A DNA stretch of 64,000 nucleotides from Mytilus edulis. Its lineage: Eukaryota. A model generated the notes under the pieces. It had not been told where the DNA came from, did no database searches, and saw nothing but the letters and a program-made list of their open reading frames with translations. The stretch lies in contig NC_092346.1 in the NCBI RefSeq assembly GCF_963676685.1, positions 65,844,001 to 65,908,000 on the forward strand, in the 5' to 3' direction. Below are positions 30,676 through 43,300 of the stretch, in pieces (the first letter of the stretch is position 1; each line of letters starts with the position of its first letter). The position numbers and the translations under genes were made by a program.

Positions 30676-31272
30676 AAACATTATATACATATATATATTA
30701 TTTACATATATACAATAATACCAATCATATTTGTTTTTTAATTTAATTTATTTCTATTACAAAACTAAACATATGTAAATGGAAAACTAAAAAGAATAAT
30801 TTAATGAAAGGAATAGATTAATAATGAACTTTAATACCAGAGAAAGTAGATTATTTAATGAAAAGAATAGATTTATAATGAAATTTATGGTTTGAATGAG
30901 CATGAAACATATAAACTAAGGTGAATTTATAAAAACAAACTACATGTATACTACTATTTACAATATAATAAAATGAGAGTAGAGAAATGCGAGTATAATC
31001 AAAATCTTTTCTTTAATTAAAATAAAGTGTAACTAATCCAAATAAATCAAATGAAAGAAAATTGAAAAGTTTTGGTGATATAATTTTTCATAATATAAGT
31101 AGATTTGTAGAATACATCCTCATCAGTGATTATTAAAATTTAGATAACAGTGTATAAATAAGTTTATAAAATTTAGAAAAAAGATTATAAAATTTAGAAA
31201 AAAAAAATAAAAAAAATATAAAATTTAGAAAAAAAATTTAAAAAATTTCATAAAATTTAAAAGTTTAGAAAA

Positions 31273-31439
31273 TTAATCATAGGTTAGTCTCTGTGGCCGA
31301 ATAGATATCCTGTTTGATCTTCTCAATATTCTTGGTGGTTGTTGTTGTGCTGGGGCTACTCGTCTGTTATTTTCACGTGGTGGAAAAAAATAATTTATAA
31401 TTTCTTGAAGCCTTTCATAAATTGCGATGAGGATATATT
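31273..31439 (-). CDS. Predicted alternative terminal exon 4b of the membrane-protein gene
   Basis: tttttaatttgtag acceptor, phase 1 like exon 4a; open for 55 codons (E)YILIAIYERLQEII...PPRILRRSNRISIRPQRLTYD*. Confidence 0.45.
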
Positions 31440-31480
31440 CTACAAATTAAAAAGTAGTAAATACAGAGATAGATATTAAC

Positions 31481-32821
31481 TTAAACAGTTTTTTTTGGTG
31501 TATTAACAAAATCTGCAATTTCTATTTCGGATAGTGAATCTGCATCGACATTGAAGGAGAATTGGTGTTGGCGGAAATTGGTTTTTGCAGTTCTCTTCTT
31601 TTTGCAGATGCAAAATAACATCAGCGACAAGAGCATAACACATGCTAGAGATGCTGTAAAGATAAATTTGAATATGTCACTTACTTTAAAAATTATAAAA
31701 TATATTGATATATATAAATAGATTAGACCATTGGTTTTTCTGTTTGAATTGTCTTTATAGCTTACTGTTTGGTGTGAGCTTTTGCTCTGTGTTGAAGGTC
31801 ATACTTTGATCTATAATACATTGGCACTCATACCGCATCTTTTTCTTATTTATAAATAAGTGTTTTTATTAGAACATGTATATATTTTTATTTTATTTAT
31901 TTATTTTATTTTTATATTGTTTGTCAATCAAATAAATAAATTAAATTTAGATACTTACCAAAAATCATTATAAGAATGATCTTAATATTATCTAGACCCT
32001 TGTCTTCCTCCTGTGCATGTGGTGTTGACTTCTGAAATAAAGAAATAAAATCATGTATTTCATGAAAATGTTGATATTAAAAAATCTTATCCTTCACATT
32101 TTAATTTGTTTTTAAGCACTATACTATAGAGAATACAAATTGACTCGTTCATGTACATGTATTTCCTAATAAAAATAGAAAACAAAACGGACGTTTTAAT
32201 TAAAAAAATATCAGATAAATGCTTACCAGTTGTTTATCAGTGGTGCCGATTGACAATGTGGATCCTGGTGTTACTCTTGTTGCTGCTGTTGTTGTTGTAG
32301 AAGCTATGACTCCATTCTGTAAAAAAAAATATACATAATGTAAGAAATGTTTTACACAATAAAATTAATAAATAATATATAAGATCTGCTCATAGTTTAG
32401 GTTGTTTCTAGTCACTTTACATATAGAGACAATACTACGTGATTACTTTAAAGCTCTTATTATTCTGTTATTCTTTTCTAATTTCCTATATACTTACATC
32501 ACAATGTATACCATTAACAATTGTTATTGTTTCTGGTGCTGCTAAAACATTGCTGCATTTAGAATTTCCTTGTTTGATCTCAATTGAATGCAGGTCTCTA
32601 TTATTTGCAAGGTCCAATTGTCCGGCAACAAAAAATCTTTCGAATACGACTTTCTTTACATCTAGTCGGATTCTGGTGTTGTAGAGCCCTGCTCCAGTCC
32701 ATCTGCAATGGAGAGTATCCCCCTCCACTGTGCATACATCTCTCAATTCATGCGAGCATGAAACAGCTGACATTGTGAAACAAATGATGATGAATATAAA
32801 CATGGTGTTGATGGGTGACAT
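31481..32821 (-). CDS. Predicted four-exon 219-aa type I membrane protein (exons 32821-32498, 32316-32227, 32031-31959, 31653-31481)
   Basis: Donors gtaagt/gtaagc/gtaagt and pyrimidine-cag acceptors, phases 0,0,1; signal peptide, Cys ectodomain, Thr-rich stalk, TM IIILIMIFASLACVMLLSLMLFCIC-like segment followed by KKKR. Confidence 0.75.
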
Positions 32822-33304
32822 TTTGCAAATATTTTGAGGAATTAAATACCCGGATGAGAAATAAAAACAATAGTCTAATTAGGGAATAAATTAGGGGTAA
32901 TTAATTCCGTGATATATGGTTGGGATAAGAGTGGTAGATGGATAAGGTTTAATTAATGTTTGAGTATGGATTGTTTTAATAAATAATAATAATAGTTTTT
33001 ACAATATACGCTAGGGTTAGGGTTAATTAATATATTTTCAATTCTTATTCATTTTTGTTACAAATGAAACTTAAAAGTTTTATAAAATTTCTTCTCTCAA
33101 CGCGAAGTCATTTAATCTTCTATTTTTTCAGTTTTACTTTTAACTTCTTTATCCAAAATATTAACAATTTAAATTGTCTATATGTTAAATGCGATGGAAA
33201 ATAAATCAAAACATTCTTTTATAAGTGAAAAAACAAAATTTTCATTTAATATTATACAACAGTTATATTATGTAATTTTCTTGACGTCTGCAAAATGCAA
33301 CGTG

Positions 33305-33458
33305 TGAAAAAATCAAAACAGTCTTTTATATTTCTACAAATTTTAAAATCCAATATTTTGATATTATTCAACAAATATATTATACAATTTTGCTAGCGGG
33401 AACAAATTTTTGTCAACGTGGCAAAAATATTTGCTGCTGCCACACAATATATACTACT
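33305..33458 (-). repeat. Right terminal inverted repeat (degenerate extension inward to ~32970)
   Basis: ...gcaaaaatatttgctgctgccacacaatatatactact is the reverse complement of the left end; tagggttagggtta at 33012-33025. Confidence 0.92.
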
Positions 33459-36400
33459 ATTTACAAAAATCAACTGATTCTCTTACTATTTTTTATAATC
33501 TTATATAACCACTACTTTCACTATTGCAAACTGTACTTTTAAATTGTTCATATTGCATGTATATTTTCTCCAAGTTATGAGCTTAAACATAATCATATAA
33601 ATGTAACCACTATGGCTTTGTTGCAGACATTTCTTTTTTTATTGAAAGTATTTATTTTGATATAAGATATTTGTTTCTTATCAGCTATGCGCTTCAACAT
33701 CATTTACAAAGTACGCAATAACATTTGGAATCATTTTATTCTTTTTTTTTACACATTTCTCTAGATAAACAGTGTGCTTTGAGTAATAAATAATCTGAAT
33801 ATATATAACAAATAAAAATCATCTGAATATATATTTTCGTATTAATTTTTTTTTATTTCTTGTTTCTAATGATGTATTTGATAAAAGATATATACCATGA
33901 TCCACCCGTCTCCAAATCATACTTTATCTCCATTACAAGAAGCGGGTTTTGTTTTGTCTTTTCGAGAGAATTGCTTTTAAAACTATCAGAAATATGTACA
34001 TAATTATTATAAGATATAATACTACTAGTAATTGCAAAGAAAAAAATGATAAATTGATCACAAATTATTGTATATCTTCTGCATCATTCACAAAAATATA
34101 CCCGGAATTGAGCCTGTCAGTTTGTGGTTGTTTTGACAGATTCAGAATGTTTACAAAATGTATGTGATGCATGCATAGGAAGATACGCCCAACCTATCAG
34201 CTCAATAGTTCTGGCTCCTTTTGAATGCGATTTGATCAGTTTTTGAATGCTACTTTGATTTGTCATCTTTATCGATTCGTAAGATTTGATGATTTGTATT
34301 TATATATACAGTCGAATATATATAGTGGTCACAAACATGTTTTATGCCACCACATTCTTTTTATATCTGTACTAAGTCATTAGTTTGTATTTCAGTTGTT
34401 GTCGATAGTTTATGTCTGTCATTTTTGTTTGTCGTAAATTTTGTTTTAATATAGGCAGTTGGTTTTCTCGTTTGCATTTTCGACAATTTTTTTTAACAGA
34501 GCCTATTATAGATGACTTTACATTATGTTATTTTCTCCTCATTGTTAAAGGTCGTACGGTGATATACACACTTCTTTTCTGTGTATGTTACATTTTAATG
34601 TTTTGTTTCCGTTGTATTGTTGTTCTCCTCCTATATATATGATGCGTTTCCCTCAGTTTTAGTTTGTAACCCGGATTTGTTTTTTTCTCTATCGATTTAT
34701 GAGTTTCGAACAGCGGTATACTACTGTTGCCTTTATTCTTTCGAAAGCTGGTGGACAATTATAAATATCATTCGCAATCACCCCATATCTTCATATGTAT
34801 ATATACACGTAAACGCATATTTCAAATTGTTTTGATATAAACCGTCTGATCGTCAATAAAAGGTTTGTGAACTCAAAATCTACAACAAATTCTAATAAGA
34901 AGTTTAACAGAATTATTCAACTTAGCTGTGTAGTTGTGAGCTGTTTTTGAGCTGTTTTTGACAAACAACTTTATGTGTCGGTCTCCATTTGAATGTCGTC
35001 GGTGAAATTTACAAAAAAAAATTCTCCTCTGAAACTACTGGATCAGACTTGACCACATTTTCCCTTGTAATTCTTGTTTAAATATGTGTTCATTGGTATC
35101 TCCTGTCAACCATCATGGCTGACATTGCTAAAACAGAACATATATATATAGCGATTAAATGCAAAAATGTCTATTATCTCGTAAACGGAAAATTCAAATC
35201 GGAAAGTATCAACAAATTGAAAAATCAAAAGCTCAAACACATTTCACAAATGGAAAACAACTGTCATATTCCAAACTGACTTTATACAAGACTTTCTTCG
35301 TTAAGAAAATGGCGGATTAAACCAGGGGTTACAGCTAGCTAAACATCTCACGTGCTTGACAGTATCAAAAATTCCATTATATTGACAACAATGTATGAGC
35401 AAATCAAACAAACATAAAACGTATAAATATCAAAAGTTAGGGTACAATAGTCAACATTGTGTTATTAGCTTAATAACTACAAAAACAACCAACTATGTCA
35501 ATAAAGAAAAGCAAAATAATGGATTTTGATTTGTGACAAAAATTTTCAGACGTCCGAAAACCATGTTTAAATCCCCCCTTTAATTTTATTGCTGATTATG
35601 ATATTTGATGTTTTGTTTTGGTACATACATCAGACCATTCGTTTTCTCATTTGAAATAATTCTCATTTGTAATGTTGAGACCCATCATAGTTTGTTGTTT
35701 GGTTTAAGCATCACTTACCTTTGGCTGTACATTTGCCATAATTGTCTCCTTACCACATCTTCTAATTTTAATAAAGAAGTAAATTGTAAAGTGCAACCGA
35801 TTTGTATACTGCAATTTCAAGTTTCCCTCAAATACAAAATTTTACTTAAAAAGTTATCCACTGCTAGTGGACGTTTCGTCCCCGAGGGTATCACCAGCCC
35901 AGTAGTCAGCAGTACGGTTTTAACATGTATATCAATTATATGGTCATTTTTATAAACTATCTGTTACAAAACTTTGAATTTTTCGAAAAATGTAGGATTT
36001 TCTTATCCCAGGAATAGATTACCTTAGCAGTATTTGGCACAACTTTTTGGAATTTTGAGTCCTCAATGTTCTTCAACTTTGTACTTGTTTGGCTTTATAA
36101 CTATTTTGATCTGAGCGTCACTGATGAGTCTTATGTAGACAAAACGCGCGTCTGGCGTATTAAATGATAATCCTGGTACCTTTGATAACTATTATATACG
36201 TTTACATTGAACAAAATATTAAAAAATCAATAACAGTACGTTATACATTATGATGTTCCATTAGGTTAATTCCTATATTAATTCCATGAGATTATGTATT
36301 GACAGACTTCTTGTACGTTAACAAAGTTCAATGTTGCGAAGGAAAAAATTAAGGGGGCAAAAATACAATAAGAATTAAAAATATGATGAGAATAAGTTTT

Positions 36401-36469
36401 GTTTAATTTTAATGTAAAAAAAACTTACTAAAAACATGTAAAAAATGAAAAGTTTGTTCTAGATAAGAA

Positions 36470-36675
36470 AAAAGTAAAATCACAAAAATACTGAACTTAG
36501 AGGAAGATCAATTGGGAAAGTCCATAATCACATGGCAAAATCAAATAACAAAACGCATCAAAAACGAATGGACAAAAACTGTCATATTCCTGACTTGGTA
36601 CAGGCATTTTCAAATGTAGAAAATGGTGGATTAAACCTGGTTCTATAGCGCTAACCCTCTCCCTTTAATGACAGT
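36470..36675 (+). repeat. Interspersed repeat family member
   Basis: ctgtcatattcctgacttggtacaggcattttc...ggattaaacctggtt; related copies at ~35190-35390, ~54030-54220 (inverted) and ~61730-61860 (inverted). Confidence 0.65.
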
Positions 36676-38902
36676 GACCACAAAAGAGGTAAGGAAACCA
36701 CAACTGCATGATCTTCAACAAGCAGTCGGCTAATGATTACAGCCATCTTGACTAATTTGTAGATCTTTTTTTCTGTATATTTTGGTTATTTACATATTTA
36801 TATATTCAAGTTCGACAAAAATTAGTGAAAATAGTCACCCAATAACACAAACTCCTGTAAGGCTTCCACTAACATTTTCAGCCATGTCAATTCTTTTTTA
36901 ATTCTTGTTCTTATGATCTATTTTGCTATTTTATTCTCACTCAATGGTAGTTTTCTGAATAAAAGCCAAAAATGGTAAAAGTTTTTATTATTCTAGTGCA
37001 ATAACTAATGAATGGAGACAAGTGAGTAGACTTGGTTCTGTAGATTTTTTTTTGCTATTTACACTCTTTATTTCCTACAATTGCAGATAAAAAAAAAACA
37101 AAAAACAAACAAAATATCTTTGAGCGCTGCACCATCAACTCAACCATAGAAAGTGGTATTACAGCGCAACAAACTAAAACTGACAAAATCAGCTGGAAAA
37201 GGCTTTACTCATCAAATCGACAAAACGCACAAATAAGACCAAAGACATGATATATATATTATTTTACCATAATTATCCTTGTTTATAAAATATAATACAC
37301 TAAGCAGTTATTATTTTATTGAACTAATTTCCACAGATACTTAAAAAAAACCCACGTTTTTCTCTCTTAGAATTCAGAAAAATACATCCATACACAACTG
37401 TTAAAAGTGCATCAATATGATATTCGCTAATTGTTCAATTAATCAAATCAAAATCAATATCTTTAAATATATGCATTAATTATTTTTATTTTGTCAAATG
37501 TGAGTGACTATATAATTGTATTGAAATCGATATAGAATTTTTCTTGGGCTCATATCCGGTAATTTTCTTTAGCTTTTAATGGCTTCTTGGGCTAACGATT
37601 TTGTTTTGTTTTGTTCGGTAAAGTGCTGATATAAATTGCAGAAAAAATAACTTCCTCATTAAACAAGAGCATCGATGCGTTTCTAATGTCAGCTACAAGA
37701 TGACTTGCATAATAATACAAGACAGCCTTTACGTAATAGCTTATGGACAACCTGCAATTAATTGACATCATTATATGGGCTTTTATGTCATAAGTGTTCA
37801 CGTATATTCCTATAAAAAGGTACATTTGTCGTCAGTGTTTGATATGATAATGGCTTAATAACGTTTCTCTTCCAGTTGACTATGTTGTAGTTGCAAATAT
37901 ATCTTTTTGTCATCTAGTTCCGATTGATGATATGAATAAAAAAACAAATACTCAATATCTGGGTTTGCTTATCTGCAATTATCTGTATATATGACAACTT
38001 CTGTAAAAAAAATGACAGTGGTTTGTGATTTTAAAATATTGTTGCAAAACACTGCGAGTATTTATAGCAATTGTCTGAAACACAGTGGTATATATGTGAA
38101 ATAAATTCCGTTTGATAATTTTCAATCGTATACATAAATGGTTTAGTTCTCCAGTTTGCTTGACTTTATATTCGATTAGCAATTTAGTGTTTAATCAAAA
38201 CCTTTACCCTTACCCATGTTGCTCTACATGTGCAAACGATTACTATCTCAGCATTACACCTTCAATATTTTGGGCAACTTAATCCAAGCGGTAATTACGC
38301 AGATGCTTATGTTTAAAGTATACCTTACAGGAGATATGGTGTATGTATCAGAAAGCCATAGAAATAAAACAGTGAAACCACAACAGAGACACAAAGGTCA
38401 ACATACAATCTGGAAACATTAGGCATGTTTATACTAAATTTCAATATTTACAAATGTTTATTCGAGCAGCTTAGACAAGTTTTTACCGAATTTGACATAT
38501 AATCACCGATCTGTCATCAACGTCAATTTATTTGAGACATAAATAAGAGATTAGGGTTGGAGGAAGTTTATGTACGATAAGGGGATTTTTAATGATTGCT
38601 TACTATGTATATATATAAGGGATAAAAACTGGCAACCGAACAGAGCAAAACGTTGAAGGCAACAGTAGGCATCAAGTACCAGATTTTATCCCTAAGATAC
38701 ATGCCATTTGGCAATTGAAATGTGTTCACATGTACATTTGTAGTTACGTTTAATATTAACAGTAATAATTGTTTGTAAAATTCTTAAATTTATTTATGAA
38801 ATATATTGATGTCGTGTCACTCTAGAAACCACATTTCAGAGATTGTTAGCATCTTGTCCAACAAACTATGGATTATGAATACATGATAATAACAAAATCA
38901 AG

Positions 38903-38964
38903 ATATGAAGCAGACGTACTAGTTTCGAATGGTTTCATTCGAAACTAGTACGTCTGCTTCATAT
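38903..38964. repeat. Perfect hairpin with 29-bp arms and a 4-nt loop
   Basis: atatgaagcagacgtactagtttcgaatg-gttt-cattcgaaactagtacgtctgcttcatat. Confidence 0.9.
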
Positions 38965-39469
38965 TGTTCCTTGAAATTAAAACAGAATGTTAACTTCAAA
39001 ACATAGGTTTTATGAAGATGATTTTCACATTTATTTTTTTGAAGTAACATGTTCCCGTTTACAGTGTATATAGTATACTTATTTGAATAAATTCGTTTCG
39101 CTTGTGAATGTTTCCACTTTAAAGATTTTATGTACAGGGATGTACTCTTTTTATGAGCTTTTCATACTTTTGTTAGCATTACATAACTTTTTCTTCGATA
39201 AATTCCTAATACCAAATCAGGAATATGACAGTTATTCTCCATTCGTTTCATTGGTTGATATGTTTATTCTGTCATTTGTCATGGACATTCCATTTTTGGA
39301 TTTACCTTTTCGTGGTAATTTTATTTATACGTCTGTTCCAACTTCTTTAGCTTCTTGCTATTGCTTTATCAGTTTATCTCGATTAATGTTTTTTTAGTGT
39401 TCTTTTTTTTTAATTATTTTATCATCTGCTTCTCTCTTTTTTTGTACCCATATATAGATCCCATAAATC

Positions 39470-39645
39470 AGTTCCAGAGCACCTGAGATCACCCCCAGTT
39501 TTTGATCGGGTTCGTGTTGCTTAATCTTTCGTTTTCTATGTTGTTTCCTGTGTACTTTTATTTGTCTGTTTGTCTTTTTATTGTCAGCCATGGCGTTGTC
39601 ACTTTATTTTCGATCTATGAGTTTGACTGTCCCTCTGGTATCTGT
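39470..39645 (-). repeat. Interspersed repeat fragment, inverted relative of 43821-44210
   Basis: ccatggcgttgtc...gtttgactgtccctctggtatct is the reverse complement of 43837-43892. Confidence 0.75.
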
Positions 39646-40216
39646 CATCCGTTAACAAGATGCAAATCAGGGTAAACACAAAAATGAAAGAATTCACACG
39701 AACTGTGCATGGACAAGGAAATCATCACCTTGTTATGCATGCAATAAACGCCATAATTATCTGGTCAATATATCTAAGGATCTAAGACATGCCTCTAGTG
39801 ACTTGAGACACAGACACATCGTATCTGTCAAATAAATTTTGTAGGGTAACCATAAAACTTATTTAGTGTTGATTACAGTCTTGTTCTGCCTACAATGAAG
39901 CATTATGTTTGCGCCAAGAGCACATCCTTGTAAATGAGGTCCGTAAAGTGAAAACATGCACGAGCGAACCGTATTTATTTAAAACATAATTGATCGCTCT
40001 GGCATAAGATAATCACGAATATAATGCCTACCGATGTTAAAACTACATTAAGGTATAGCTTGCATCAATTATTTCGATCCTGATTAAGGAAATTACGGTA
40101 ATGTCTATGTCTGATGTGTAGAAGTGTAGTGCGTTTGTTTTAAATCCTCCATGAACCCCCTTATTATTGTTTGTAAACAAGCAGGCGAGATGCAAGGTGT
40201 TATTCGTAGGGAGGGG

Positions 40217-40356
40217 TGTCGGGAATTTAGCGCGAATATATACATGTTAACGTTGCTACTTGACTTATGTAATTATGACGTTACTTATATAGCAATGGCT
40301 AGACGTTAGAATAAACACGATCTATACACAACGCATTTTATCTACTTTACACAACA
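40217..40356 (+). repeat. 5' LTR
   Basis: tgtcgggaat...tacacaaca, contains AATAAA. Confidence 0.95.
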
Positions 40357-40360
40357 TTTA

Positions 40361-40378
40361 TGGTGCCGTGACCAGGAT
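40361..40378 (+). promoter_or_regulatory. Primer-binding site (tRNA-His type)
   Basis: TGGTGCCGTGACCAGGAT, 4 nt after the LTR. Confidence 0.8.
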
Positions 40379-43300
40379 TCGACAACAACACCAATTCGTA
40401 TAGTGTACGACTGTAGCTGTAAAAAATCGCCAGATCACGCAAGTTTGAATGACTGCCTTATGTCAACCCCGCCAGATTTGAACGACTTGACAAAAATATT
40501 AATGGGATTTAGAACCAAGAAGTACGCAATAAGCACGGACATTGAAAAGGCTTTCTTACATATCGGATTAGATGAGAAAGATCGAGATTTTACACGCTTT
40601 TTTTGGTTGAGCGACACAGATAATCCCAGCAGTACTCTTACAACATATCGATTTAAATCTATTTTGTTTGGTGCAACAAGTTCACCGTTCATCCTTAATG
40701 CAACACTACTTAAACACTTGGATGCATGCAACACAAATATATCAGCAATGATGAAGAATGACCTTTACGTGGATAATATTTTGTCCAGTTTGGAAAATGA
40801 AGATGACGCCGCAAAGTATTTTGTACAAGCCAGATCATTGATGTCGGAGGCTGGATTCAACCTTCGTTCATGGAGTTCAAATTGCTCAAAACTTACAGAT
40901 TTAGCCAAACAACATGACGTATGCGAAAAGGAAACTTTTGTCAAAATACTTGGACTGAAATGGGATACAGTTAAAGATACGATCACTTTTCAAAAAGTCG
41001 ACTTATTTGATATTGAACTACCAAATATTACGAAACGTGAAATTCTTAAACAGTCGTCACGTATTTACGATCCGCTAGGATTACTTAGCCCTGTATCCGT
41101 ACGAGCAAAGATTTTAATGCAGACATTATGGGAACAGAAGTACGAATGGGATGAGCCACTACCATTAGAAATACAGACAACATGGAAAAATTTAGCCAAA
41201 GATTTGGAGAAAACGACTTATACAGAATTGAAAAGACCGTATTTTCCCAATTTACCAGATCAGAAAACCCAACTTCAGGTTTTTGTAGACGCTAGTACAA
41301 CTGCATACGGAGCAACTGTTTACATATGTAACCATCATGAGTCATCATTAGTTATTGCAAAGAATAGAGTAGCACCGCTTAAACAACTGACACTACCACA
41401 GCTGGAATTAATGGCCGCATTGATTGGAGCACGACTAGCCGATCACGTAAAATCAGTTCTACACATAGAAAACATAACGTTTTGGTCAGACAGTCAGATA
41501 GTACTACAGTGGTTATCAACTTCAAAGCAATTAAAAAGGTTCATACGAAATAGAGTAACGGAAATACGCAAATTGACCAATACACAAGAATGGAGATATT
41601 GCCCAACGAAAGATAATCCAGCTGACCTTCTTACTAGAGGACTCAGCGCGTCACAGTTTGAACATAATACACTATGGTTCAACGGACCCGAATGGATCTC
41701 TGATGCATCAAAATGGCCGTCATGGAAGCCAAATGACACAACAGTACTACTTACCAGTACAGATATAGAAGATTCAAGTACAGCGGACAAAGAAATAGAT
41801 AATCAACAAGGAATACACCAAATTGTGCAAATTACTAGATATAGTACATTATCAAAATTACTACGAATAACAGCTTATCTATTAAGATTTATACGAAATT
41901 GCCGTTCGCCAATATTACAGAGAAATAAGGCGAAATACGTTTCAAGAGAGGAATTGCAGGATGCAACAGAGTGTTGGATACTAAATTGCCAAAGAACTTC
42001 ATTTAAGGACGAAATGTTACACTTGAAATTAAAGGATACTAAACCTACTGTTTTAGTTAGACAACTAAGATTGTACCTGAATAACAAAGACGCAATTTGC
42101 TGTGGAGGGAGAATTCATAACGCACCCGTTTGTGAAAATACGAAATTTCCTTATTTATTACCTAGAAGTCATCATTTTACGAAATTAGTTGTTCTTGATA
42201 TACACAAGTACATGAAACACTCAGGAGTTTTATCAACAGTGACTCAGGTACGACAAACTTACTGGATACCCCGAATTCGCCAATACGTAAGAGGAATTTT
42301 GCGAAATTGCGTAATTTGTCGAAAAATCAACAGTAAACCATATACAGCACCCGATCCTCCGCCACTGCCAAAAGTTCGATTACTTGAAGCACCGCCTTTT
42401 ACAATTACCGGCGTAGACTTTACCGGAGCGCTGTACATTAGAGATACACATGATACTGAACACAAGGTTTTTATATGCCTATTTACTTGTGCTTCAACGA
42501 GAGCCGTACACCTGGAAGTTGTACCGGACTTATCAGAAAAATCATTTTTACAAGCCTTTAGAAGATTCGCTAGTCGTAAATCTAGACCACACACCATGAT
42601 ATCGGATAACGCCTCGACATATTTAGCCGCCTCGGAAACATTAAAGAAATTAACCCAATCACATCGCTAAACGATACGTTGTCAACATATGGAACAACTT
42701 GGAGATCCATACCAAAAAGAGCGCCCTGGTATGGTGGATGGTGGGAACGCTTTATAGGAATTACAAAAACTTGTTTGAAGAAAACATTAGGCAGATCTTA
42801 CGTTACCATGGATACACTTCAAACAATTCTGACAGAAATAGAAGCAATCATTAATGATAGACCATTGACCTACGTATCACCGGATATTGAGGACGAGGAG
42901 CCGTTAACTCCGTCACACTTGCTGTACGGAAGAAGAATAACTTTAACGCCGTATCCACAACCGAATATTGAATACATTGCCGTGAATAGTGGAAAACAAG
43001 AACTGCATAAACATTTGAATAAACAGTCGAGTTTAATGGAGCATTTTTGGAACCGGTGGAAATCCGAGTACATAACGACTCTTAGAGAGTTTCATCGCCA
43101 AACAGGAAACAACTTACAAACTATACAAGTTGGAGATGTAGTGCAAGTCCAAGATGATAAATTACCGAAAAACCGATGGAACATTGCCGTTGTTGATGAA
43201 TTGATCACCGGAAACGATGGTTTTACACGAGCAGCTATAATACGAACTAGTGCAGGACGTACTTCGCGTCCTATAGTAAAACTGTACCCGCTCGAAATCC

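Larger units (their letters stand above)
14702..33458 (+). mobile_element. Full-length Polinton/Maverick (~18.75 kb)
   Basis: AGTAGT start, ACTACT end, TIRs, TSD ATTTAC at 14696-14701 and 33459-33464, complete core gene set. Confidence 0.96.

Noticed and set aside
42655-42680. Programmed frameshift in BEL pol
   Set aside because: Falls inside the integrase core with no slippery heptamer; a 1-bp deletion or error is simpler
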